Assembly: GCF_002803295.2 (NCBI RefSeq)
Contig: NZ_PGGB02000004.1
Coordinates: 56,728-81,793 of the forward strand
Direction of reading: 5' to 3'
DNA from: Caedibacter taeniospiralis
GTDB taxonomy: Bacteria > Pseudomonadota > Gammaproteobacteria > Francisellales > Francisellaceae
Length of the DNA stretch: 25,066 bases
The notes below the pieces were generated by a model. It worked only from the letters and a program-made list of their open reading frames with translations, searched no databases and was not told the origin of the DNA. The position numbers were made by a program, and so were the translations under genes. Positions 1 to 7,032 of the stretch are shown here, piece after piece (positions within the stretch are counted from its first letter, which is position 1; each line of letters opens with the position of its first letter).

Positions 1-446
1 AGATAATTCTTATGGGTGGTTTGCTCAAGCATCACATGATAGGAAATATAGTGATTATGTTCTGGCAGAATGGTTTTGTTACAGATCGCGAGGAAAACCA
101 CTTCTTTCAAATCTTTATACTCGAGCTTTTTGACACGCTGCCCAATATAGGCACGTGAGGCATAGTACTGTGCGCGCTTGAGATACTCCAGAGTCGAAAC
201 CACCTGCATTTCGATGATAAATTTGTTGCCATTTTGATCCTGGCACATCACATCGACGATGCTTATGCGCTGTTCATGCACCTCAGGCAAGTAAATGGTG
301 GGCAGAAACTCTACGCTTTCAATGCGGCTCGCGCGAGCCAGCACGTCATTTAAAAAATGAATCAGGATGCCCTTGTTTTTCTCGGTGCCAAATAAGCGCC
401 TAAAGGCAATATCGTTCTTAGGATCTAAATATTTCTGGATGGGCAT
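1..446 (-). CDS. PD-(D/E)XK nuclease family transposase / Rpn-like recombination-promoting nuclease. Only the N-terminal 148 codons are present; the gene runs off the left edge.
   Basis: Absent from the supplied ORF track because it is open at the window edge. Manual minus-strand translation from the ATG at 446..444 gives MPIQKYLDPKNDIAFRRLFGTEKNKGILIHFLNDVLARASRIESVEFLPTIYLPEVHEQRISIVDVMCQDQNGNKFIIEMQVVSTLEYLKRAQYYASRAYIGQ... with no stop through position 3. The KYLDPKNDIAF-RLFG start and the D...IEMQ nuclease-core pattern are typical of the PDDEXK_2-type 'transposase' family. Confidence 0.7.
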   Translation of the reverse strand, partial: MPIQKYLDPKNDIAFRRLFGTEKNKGILIHFLNDVLARASRIESVEFLPTIYLPEVHEQRISIVDVMCQDQNGNKFIIEMQVVSTLEYLKRAQYYASRAYIGQRVKKLEYKDLKEVVFLAICNKTILPEHNHYISYHVMLEQTTHKNY

Positions 447-492
447 GATCAACTACCTTTGGTTATAACTGTGCGGATTATAACATTACCCG

Positions 493-618
493 ATTGCCAT
501 CGGCAATTCCCCTCTTTCCAAGAGGGGGCGAAGCCTGTCTTGGAGAGCATAAACTGCTTTATGCTCTCAACGCTGAGCGCCATTAGAGCGGGTGGAAATA
601 TGGTCACCTCCCACCGCC
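493..618. other. Cluster of four consecutive stem-loops in the divergent intergenic region. Possible structured RNA or mobile-element end.
   Basis: Hairpin 1: 493-498/502-507 (ATTGCC/GGCAAT). Hairpin 2: 509-516/520-527 (CCCCTCTT/AAGAGGGG). Hairpin 3: 543-553/558-568 (GAGAGCATAAA/TTTATGCTCTC, 11 bp perfect, 4-nt loop). Hairpin 4, imperfect: GGTGG 591-595 with CCACC 611-615, plus flanking GC pairs. A competing pairing exists between 518-523 (CCAAGA) and 538-543 (TCTTGG). Confidence 0.5.
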
Positions 619-698
619 GTGTCTAAAAAGTTGTACCACTTAACTTACAATCCTTAAAGTTTTCACTTACAATGATTTCCAGTTTAAGTTGATTAGGG

Positions 699-1928
699 AT
701 GCGGGTGTTGGATATTCAAAAAGTTCGCCAAGACTTTCCTTTTTTAAGGCAAACCATTCATGGTAAACCCGTGGTTTTCCTGGATACGGGGGCGTCAGCA
801 CAAAAACCTAACATCGTGATCGAAGCGGTAAGGGAAAGCTATACCAATGATTATGCCAATGTACATCGCGGCGTTTACTATCTAAGTGATCAAGCCACTG
901 AAAAATATGAAGGCACGCGTAAAGTAGTACAGCATTTTATTGGCGCACAAAAGATGGAAGAAATCATCTTCACAAAAGGTGCGACGGAATCAATTAATTT
1001 AGTGGCAAGCTCGCTATTGGATCAGTATTTTAGTGCGGGTGATGAGATTGTTATTACCGAAATGGAGCATCACGCCAATATTGTGCCTTGGCAATTGATG
1101 AGTAAACATAAACCACTCACCATCAAATACATTCCTGTGACCGATAAAGGGGAGCTCAACTTATCCGTACTTCCTTCATTGCTGAACGATAAAACAAAGC
1201 TTATTTCACTGACTCACTGCTCAAATGTCCTAGGCACGATTAACCCCATTAAAGAGATTATTCAGCAAATTCGCCAAACTCATCCTGATGTTGCTGTTGT
1301 CGTCGATGGTGCGCAGTCAGTGGTTCATCAAAAAATTGATGTTGTTGATCTGGATTGTGATTTCTTTGTTTTTTCAGCGCATAAACTCTATGGCACAACG
1401 GGTGTCGGTGTGCTTTATGCCAAAGAGAAATGGCATCCACTTATGTCACCCTATCAAGGTGGTGGAGATATGATTAAGCTTGTGACCATGAAGGAGACAA
1501 CGTTTGCTGATCCCCCTTATAAATTTGAAGCAGGAACACCCGATATTATTGGTGTTATTGGTTTAGCCAAGGCGATTGAATATGTGCAAAGTCTTGGTAT
1601 CTGTAATATCAAAGCACATGAACAGATGCTGCTTAAGTATGCAACAACAAGACTCCAGGAAATTACTGGTTTAAAAATTCTAGGTCAAAGTGAGCATAAA
1701 GCAGCTGTGATCACATTTGTAATCGAGAATTTTCATGCGAATGATTTAGGCACTTTGCTGGATCTATCAGGTGTTTGTGTGCGCACAGGGCATCATTGTG
1801 CCCAACCTTTGCTACAACGGTATAATGTACCATCAACCGTGCGCGCATCATTTGGTGTTTATAATACCAAAGAGGACGTGGATGTTTTGGTCAAGGGGCT
1901 GCATAAGGCGATTCATATGCTAAGTTAG
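699..1928 (+). CDS. sufS: Cysteine desulfurase, SufS/CsdA family (PLP-dependent class V aminotransferase)
   Basis: 409-aa ORF. Motifs: HHANIVPWQ, PLP-lysine motif FSAHKLYG, catalytic-Cys loop RTGHHCAQP. The N-terminal VRQDFPFL...LDTGASAQKP aligns by eye with E. coli SufS. Confidence 0.9.
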   Translation: MRVLDIQKVRQDFPFLRQTIHGKPVVFLDTGASAQKPNIVIEAVRESYTNDYANVHRGVYYLSDQATEKYEGTRKVVQHFIGAQKMEEIIFTKGATESINLVASSLLDQYFSAGDEIVITEMEHHANIVPWQLMSKHKPLTIKYIPVTDKGELNLSVLPSLLNDKTKLISLTHCSNVLGTINPIKEIIQQIRQTHPDVAVVVDGAQSVVHQKIDVVDLDCDFFVFSAHKLYGTTGVGVLYAKEKWHPLMSPYQGGGDMIKLVTMKETTFADPPYKFEAGTPDIIGVIGLAKAIEYVQSLGICNIKAHEQMLLKYATTRLQEITGLKILGQSEHKAAVITFVIENFHANDLGTLLDLSGVCVRTGHHCAQPLLQRYNVPSTVRASFGVYNTKEDVDVLVKGLHKAIHMLS

Positions 1929-2075
1929 AAAAGTATAACTCAGTGCCATTAAAGTATAACTGTTGTCAACACTTAAAATTGCCAGCTTTTAGGGTAAATA
2001 AATTGTTGAAGTTCCTGCAAATACAGTACACTGGCGAACCTAAAATTTGATCGACTAAAATCATAAGGACAAACG

Positions 2076-2786
2076 ATGATTCCTACCCCTCATATTGAAG
2101 CCTCTGACAAAGATGAATTTGCCAAAACAGTAATTATGCCCGGCGATCCACTTCGTGCCAAACTCATTGCTGAGACTTATCTCAAGAATGCCAGACTGGT
2201 GAATAGTGTACGCAATATGTTGGGCTATACAGGGACTTATAAAGGTAAAAAGCTAACCATTATGGCACATGGCATGGGGATGCCAAGTGCAGGCATTTAT
2301 ACCGCTGAGCTGTTTAACCACTATGACGTGGATAATATTATTCGCATTGGCTCTTGTGGTGCTTATGTTCCTGAGGTTAAAGTTTATGATGTCCTTCTGG
2401 TGACGGAGTCTTATTGTGAGTCTGATTATATTGAAATTGTAACAGGTGAGAAAACACGAACGATAAAACCAGATTTATCCCTGACTGAACACATTGCTAT
2501 GATCGCAAAGAAACTCGATTTACCAGTCAGTAAAGCAAAAGTGCATTGCACGGATGTGTTTTACCGTAAGAACTTTGATGACTATTTGAACATTCGTGAT
2601 CGGCATGGCTGTAAAGCAGTTGAGATGGAAACAGCAGCAATATTTGCTAATGCCAAAGCCTATGGCAAAAAAGCGGCATGTTTATTAACCGTCTCGGATT
2701 CTCTGGTAACAAAAGAAGTGACCACAAGCCAGGAGCGGCAAAATTCATTTACTAATATGATTAAAATTGCTTTAGCAAGTGTTTAA
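2076..2786 (+). CDS. deoD: Purine nucleoside phosphorylase, DeoD type
   Basis: 236-aa ORF. TPHIEA...VIMPGDPLRAKLIAETYL matches the remembered DeoD N-terminus, and the EMETAA motif is present. AAGGA SD lies 6 nt upstream of the ATG. Confidence 0.9.
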   Translation: MIPTPHIEASDKDEFAKTVIMPGDPLRAKLIAETYLKNARLVNSVRNMLGYTGTYKGKKLTIMAHGMGMPSAGIYTAELFNHYDVDNIIRIGSCGAYVPEVKVYDVLLVTESYCESDYIEIVTGEKTRTIKPDLSLTEHIAMIAKKLDLPVSKAKVHCTDVFYRKNFDDYLNIRDRHGCKAVEMETAAIFANAKAYGKKAACLLTVSDSLVTKEVTTSQERQNSFTNMIKIALASV

Positions 2787-2861
2787 TTATTGTTGCTCGC
2801 AAATTTTAAAATGATATCTATTCTTTGGGGTGCAGGTTAGTCGTACTACACAGGGAGAATA

Positions 2862-3095
2862 ATGATGGAATGTAAACAATCTGGTTCAACTATTGGCTGT
2901 CTTGTAATTGGTATTATTTTGATTGTACTAAGCATTGTACTGATTGTGGGTGCGTTTAGCTGGTTCCCACCTGAGCATAGCCTGTATGATCTTAGTGAGT
3001 CAGTTATCACAGGTATGCTAGGCTGCGCAAGCTTAATTATCGGTGCAATTTTTGTTGTTGTTGGAATTGTCCTAAACAACGTGAGTTCGACATAA
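2862..3095 (+). CDS. Hypothetical small membrane protein with two predicted TM helices
   Basis: 77-aa ORF. GGGAGA SD at 2853-2858 lies just upstream of the tandem ATGATG (2862/2865). Two hydrophobic stretches: LVIGIILIVLSIVLIVGAF and GCASLIIGAIFVVVGIVL. No family recognised. The last 6 codons (NVSST*) lie inside the left arm of the palindromic element. Confidence 0.5.
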   Translation: MMECKQSGSTIGCLVIGIILIVLSIVLIVGAFSWFPPEHSLYDLSESVITGMLGCASLIIGAIFVVVGIVLNNVSST

Positions 3096-3265
3096 AAAAC
3101 CTTGTCAAAGCGTCGTCTTTTCAAGCATTTCTGCGTTAGTATGCACTTAAAAATGCTCGAATTAGCGCAGCTAGTCCTGTGCTTTTTAAGTGCAAAAGCC
3201 TTGAACTGCTTAAAAATACTTGCTTTGAGCATGTCATTCAATGTTTCTTACGTCGAACTCACGTT
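3078..3265. repeat. 188-bp imperfect palindromic, MITE-like hairpin-forming element
   Basis: Terminal inverted repeat: AACGTGAGTTCGAC (3078-3091) with GTCGAACTCACGTT (3252-3265), 14/14, extendable to 18 bp with 1 mismatch (3078-3095 / 3248-3265). Internal inverted repeats sit in register: TCAAAGC 3105-3111 with GCTTTGA 3222-3228, and TGCACTTAAAAA 3142-3153 with TTTTTAAGTGCA 3183-3194. A third copy of the terminal motif lies at 22563-22583. Confidence 0.65.
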
Positions 3266-3273
3266 AAACAGAG

Positions 3274-3302
3274 TTGAAAAACGGACTTAAGACTCGTACT
3301 AT
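3274..3302 (+). promoter_or_regulatory. Putative sigma70 promoter for tRNA-Thr
   Basis: TTGAAA (3274-3279), a 17-nt spacer, then TACTAT (3297-3302). It lies about 38 nt upstream of the mature tRNA 5' end. Pattern match only. Confidence 0.45.
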
Positions 3303-3339
3303 ATGCGGCAAGGAATGATGAAAAAACAAATAAAACTAA

Positions 3340-3415
3340 GCCGACATAGCTCAGTTGGTAGAGCAATTGATTCGTAATCAATAGGTCAGCAGTTCGATTC
3401 TGCTTGTCGGCACCA
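3340..3415 (+). tRNA. tRNA-Thr, anticodon CGT (CGU)
   Basis: Manual cloverleaf. Acceptor GCCGACA/TGTCGGC. D arm GCTC-AGTTGGTA-GAGC. Anticodon stem ATTGA/TCAAT with loop TTCGTAA (anticodon CGT). Variable loop AGGTC. T arm AGCAG-TTCGATT-CTGCT. Discriminator A, with an encoded CCA. Confidence 0.93.
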
Positions 3416-3455
3416 TCTTTCCGTATCAAACCATATCTTATGAAAGTTTTTCCCT

Positions 3456-4265
3456 TTAAAATGCAGTGTTACAGAGATTTGTGTCAATAAAAGGAACAGC
3501 TTGAAATGCTTTGATATTAAACCCATCAGGATAACCAACTTCAACAAGATATAACCCATGTGCTGGCACTGTAATACCTGCCTGCGCCCTATCTCTTGCC
3601 TTAACCAGCTCGCACATCCAGTTGACTGGCTTTTTGTGAAGCCCAATCTCAAGCAGTGATCCCACAATATTTCTGACCATGTGATGCAAAAAAGCATTCC
3701 CCTGAATATCAAAGATGATGAACTTGCCGTATTGCTTAAAATACGCGTGATGAACATTGCGCATGGCACTGAATGACTGGCATTGTGACGAACGAAAGGC
3801 ACTAAAATCCTGTTCGCCTAACAGATCCCTGCTGGCTACATTCATGTTATCTATATCCAGTGCTTGATTTATCCACACTGTCCGATCATGCCAAATTGCG
3901 CTACTGGTTTTATTTTGATAGATGACATATTGATAGCGCCGATAAAGTGCGGTAAAACGCGCACTAAAATTTGCAGTGACTTTAAAAACTGCTGATACTT
4001 TAATGTCTTTAGGCAAATGGGCATTTACGCCAAACACCCAGGCTTTTGTATCTCGCAATGCCTTTGTAGCAAAATGCACAACCTGTGCTGTGGCATGAAC
4101 TCCCGTATCGGTTCTCCCTGCACAAACTACAGTAATCGGTTCATTGGCAATAATCGATAAGGCTTTTTCCAGATTTTCCTGCACAGTTGTACTGTGATTT
4201 TGGCGTTGCCAGCCACAGTAATTGGTTCCCAGGTATTCAAGCACAAGAGCATAATGTTTAAACAT
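3456..4265 (-). CDS. truA: tRNA pseudouridine(38-40) synthase TruA
   Basis: 269-aa ORF with the catalytic-Asp motif GRTDTGVHA and a YLGTNYCGWQRQ N-terminus typical of TruA. Confidence 0.9.
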   Translation of the reverse strand: MFKHYALVLEYLGTNYCGWQRQNHSTTVQENLEKALSIIANEPITVVCAGRTDTGVHATAQVVHFATKALRDTKAWVFGVNAHLPKDIKVSAVFKVTANFSARFTALYRRYQYVIYQNKTSSAIWHDRTVWINQALDIDNMNVASRDLLGEQDFSAFRSSQCQSFSAMRNVHHAYFKQYGKFIIFDIQGNAFLHHMVRNIVGSLLEIGLHKKPVNWMCELVKARDRAQAGITVPAHGLYLVEVGYPDGFNIKAFQAVPFIDTNLCNTAF

Positions 4266-4295
4266 AGTATTGCCACAGCAACTAAAAGCTACAGA

Positions 4296-4838
4296 TCATA
4301 GCATGGCTTCTGACAGCTTATAACACCAATGCCATGGCTCGTAGATAAATCCAGCTTTGTTATTCCTGGGATAACTTAAGTAAAACTGAAATTTATGAGC
4401 ATTTTCTATGAGCCAGGCAAAGGCTTTTGTTTCTTCAAAATCTTCGACTAACACATCCTTTATTTCAGTTGAGCTTAAATCTAATGCACGCCCTGTGTGG
4501 TGCTCACTAAACCCAGGTAATGCCAGCACTCTTAAAATATCCTCAAGTGCAACACCCTTATTTAGTTTATTGAGAATAAGATTGGCTTGATATAAATAAC
4601 CGCGATAGGCAGAAACAACCTGCAAAGTGACGCCCTCTTGCAACGCTGTTTGATACATTTTTTGCCATGCTTGATAGGCGTTTTGCTGCATATAATAATC
4701 TCGCTGAAAAACGTCTTTACCCCCATAGATCAGTTGCGACCCCTCACATTCAGCAAATAATGACAGCTGTTGATTTTCTTTAAATTGAAAAGGCAAAATA
4801 GCATAAGCATCATGAAGTTTTTGATTATTCAGGGACAT
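4296..4838 (-). CDS. Zinc D-alanyl-D-alanine (or L,D-) carboxypeptidase, peptidase M15 / VanY-like
   Basis: 180-aa ORF. Metal-ligand motifs SEHHTGRALD (H-x6-D) and EPWHW. Overlaps the upstream lipoprotein gene by 14 nt. Confidence 0.8.
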   Translation of the reverse strand: MSLNNQKLHDAYAILPFQFKENQQLSLFAECEGSQLIYGGKDVFQRDYYMQQNAYQAWQKMYQTALQEGVTLQVVSAYRGYLYQANLILNKLNKGVALEDILRVLALPGFSEHHTGRALDLSSTEIKDVLVEDFEETKAFAWLIENAHKFQFYLSYPRNNKAGFIYEPWHWCYKLSEAML

Positions 4839-5412
4839 CTTTGTTCTCCGTTTGCATGAATAAATGACCTGCCACCGTCGTTAAAGGTTCCTTTAATAAG
4901 TCTGGTGGCGTTTTCTCAAATCCAGGTATTTTTGAACTTTCACTTTGGATATGAATTTCATCGATTAACTGGTTGGTTCTTAAGTCGTAAATTTTGATAT
5001 CAATTACAACTTTATTTGCCACACCAGTAAAAAACGTATAGCTATCAGTCCATTGGAGAAGACGTGGCAAAATGAAATATTCATAGTGTTTATCACGTGC
5101 TGCTAAATACTCAAACTGTGCTGAATTAAAGCTTTTTGCAACACCTAGCTTTTTAAAATAAGGCTTAAAAATATTACTTAAAACAGTCATGGTTTTTGGG
5201 GCACTATCTGGGTAACTGTGGAGCTCATCGTAACCGTTATTAGGGTAAGCCATGTAGGCCGTGGCATGCAAAGGCAGCTTGACCAAAACATCACTGTAAC
5301 GAATGGCATCATCCTGTGCTGCCAGCGTTTTTTGCATGGAGTTGGTCACAATCTCATGGGTGCTTGTGCAGCCAATAAGCGCAAAACAAAATGTCAAAAA
5401 AAATTTCTTCAT
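4825..5412 (-). CDS. Lipoprotein of unknown function
   Basis: The tracked ORF (to 5478) begins with GTG. The internal ATG at 5412 gives MKKFFLTFCFALIGC, a canonical lipoprotein signal peptide with lipobox LIGC. No family confidently recognised. Confidence 0.6.
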   Translation of the reverse strand: MKKFFLTFCFALIGCTSTHEIVTNSMQKTLAAQDDAIRYSDVLVKLPLHATAYMAYPNNGYDELHSYPDSAPKTMTVLSNIFKPYFKKLGVAKSFNSAQFEYLAARDKHYEYFILPRLLQWTDSYTFFTGVANKVVIDIKIYDLRTNQLIDEIHIQSESSKIPGFEKTPPDLLKEPLTTVAGHLFMQTENKDVPE

Positions 5413-5489
5413 CTGGTGAGTAGCAGAACTAATATTGCAAATATTATACCGTTTATATTTTTCCCACCAAGCCTTCACACCCTTTTTTG

Positions 5490-6071
5490 TCAGTCCAAAC
5501 CAGAAATAAGCGACATAAGCTCGCTGCGACTCTTCTCATCTTTACGAAAAATACCACGCATGCAGCTTGTGACCGTTGAAGTTTCTGATTTATGCACCCC
5601 TCTTGTTGTCATACATTGGTGCATGGAATCAATAATAACGGCAACTCCTTTGGGTGTTAGCGCCTGTTCGATCGCCAAAGCAATCTGCATTGTCAAGCGC
5701 TCTTGTGTTTGCAGGCGCTTTGCATAAACATCTAACACGCGCGCAATCTTACTAATGCCCACGACTTTTCCATCGGGTAAATAGGCAATGTGCGCCTTAC
5801 CAACAATAGGCACCATGTGATGCTCACAATAAGACTCTAAACGCAGGTTTTTGAGTAATACAATCTCATCATATCCCTCGACATCTTCAAAGGTCTTTGC
5901 CAAAATTTCCTCAGGATTCTCGTGATAACCTTTAAAAAACTCGTCATAAGATTTTATGACACGCTTAGGGGTTTCAAGCAGACCTTCACGCATTGGGTCT
6001 TCACCAATATATTCCAATAGCGTTTTAATCGCGGCTTCTGCCTGCTGTTTCGTTGGTTTTTTGGTCATCAT
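5490..6071 (-). CDS. folE: GTP cyclohydrolase I (FolE, type 1)
   Basis: 193-aa ORF. The zinc/active-site motif CEHHMVPIVGKAHIAY and the QERLT motif are present. Confidence 0.92.
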   Translation of the reverse strand: MMTKKPTKQQAEAAIKTLLEYIGEDPMREGLLETPKRVIKSYDEFFKGYHENPEEILAKTFEDVEGYDEIVLLKNLRLESYCEHHMVPIVGKAHIAYLPDGKVVGISKIARVLDVYAKRLQTQERLTMQIALAIEQALTPKGVAVIIDSMHQCMTTRGVHKSETSTVTSCMRGIFRKDEKSRSELMSLISGLD

Positions 6072-6095
6072 TTTTCTTTTTAAACTTTTTTTACA

Positions 6096-6878
6096 TTAAC
6101 GGTTTTTATCGAAAGCAATTTTAATCCCCTGCAACACTAGCTCTGGCACAATGACATCAAAGAGCCCCTTTTCATTAAATAGCTGAGAAAATCCCCCTGT
6201 TGCAATCGTTATCACTTCCTCGGCTTTGACGTTAAGCTCTGCAATGATCACTGACTTAAGTTCTTTTAAGGCACCCAAATGTCCATAGTAAATACCCGAT
6301 TGTAAATTGGTATCGGTATCCTTGCCTATGGCAATGCTTGGTTTAACAATGCTTACTGAAGATAGTTGCGCCGCATTATTACTTAATGCTTCTAAAGAAA
6401 TTTTCACGCCAGGCAAAATGGCGCCACTAAGATACGCCTTATCTTTGCGTACCACATCAAACACGGTTGCCGTACCCAAATCAATCACCAGCACATCTTT
6501 ATTGGGGAAAAGTTCAACCGCCGCTATGCACCCTGCTATGCGATCAGCACCCACTTCTTTAGGTGTAGCCACCTGCATTTTCAAGCCTGTTTTAACCCCT
6601 GGCTGTAAGAAAAATGGCTCAGTTTGAAAATATTTCAATATCGCTGAGCGCAATGAGTAATTAATCGCTGGAACCACGGAGGCAATCGCCACCCCAGTAA
6701 TGGCTTTGGGGTCAATATCATTTTCACTTAAAGCCTGGCGCAAAAAAATACCAATCTGGTCTGAGCTTCCATGTGCTGAAGCCGTCGTATAACGAAACTG
6801 CAAGATAAGCTCGTTTTGGTTAAAAACTCCCGCATGAATGTGCGAGTTGCCAACATCTAAGGTAAGTAACATATCCAA
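6096..6878 (-). CDS. coaX: Type III pantothenate kinase
   Basis: 260-aa ORF. N-terminal LTLDVGNSH (DxGN[TS] phosphate-binding motif), then DLGTATVFD and ATGG motifs. The TTG at 6878 has AAGGAG 7 nt upstream. An alternative ATG start lies at 6872. Confidence 0.88.
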   Translation of the reverse strand: MDMLLTLDVGNSHIHAGVFNQNELILQFRYTTASAHGSSDQIGIFLRQALSENDIDPKAITGVAIASVVPAINYSLRSAILKYFQTEPFFLQPGVKTGLKMQVATPKEVGADRIAGCIAAVELFPNKDVLVIDLGTATVFDVVRKDKAYLSGAILPGVKISLEALSNNAAQLSSVSIVKPSIAIGKDTDTNLQSGIYYGHLGALKELKSVIIAELNVKAEEVITIATGGFSQLFNEKGLFDVIVPELVLQGIKIAFDKNR

Positions 6879-6995
6879 ATAAAATCTCCTTAATTTGGCT
6901 TCGCAGTATATATGTATTACTCGCCATTTTACAGTGAATATCCCCCATTTTTACTCACTACAGCACTATTATTTTTTTTGTTTTCGGCTATGATG

Positions 6996-7011
6996 GCGAT
7001 AAATTTATCGC
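6996..7011. promoter_or_regulatory. Perfect 16-bp palindrome, candidate operator upstream of the efflux pump gene
   Basis: GCGATAAATTTATCGC at 6996-7011, ending 21 nt before the ATG at 7033, in the coaX/bcr divergent region. Confidence 0.35.
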
Positions 7012-7032
7012 ACTGTTTTTACGAATAATAAT

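Noticed and set aside
561-626. 21-codon plus-strand ORF (MLSTLSAIRAGGNMVTSHRRV) inside the hairpin cluster
   Set aside because: It has no SD, and the start codon is buried in the 11-bp stem. It is more likely non-coding structured sequence.
2846-3241. 131-aa minus-strand ORF
   Set aside because: It is antisense to the SD-preceded 77-aa membrane ORF and runs through the palindromic element. Its composition mirrors the opposite strand, and it has no SD or recognisable motif. Most likely an artefact of the inverted repeat.
3248-3269. Idea that the shared motif next to tRNA-Thr and at the end of thrC is a threonine-related regulatory site
   Set aside because: At thrC it lies at the 3' end of the coding sequence rather than at the operon promoter or leader. 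At the tRNA locus it is simply one arm of a long palindrome. A repeat-element explanation is more parsimonious, and the shared Thr link is probably coincidental.
3102-3290. 62-aa plus-strand ORF with a TTG start
   Set aside because: It lies entirely within the palindromic element, starts at a non-ATG codon without an SD, and would run through the predicted tRNA-Thr promoter.
3386-3802. 138-aa minus-strand ORF overlapping the tRNA 3' half and truA
   Set aside because: It is out of frame with the well-supported truA CDS and overlaps the tRNA gene. No motifs.
5218-5727. 169-aa plus-strand ORF
   Set aside because: It is antisense to both the lipoprotein gene and folE, which have strong family motifs. 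Typical shadow ORF.
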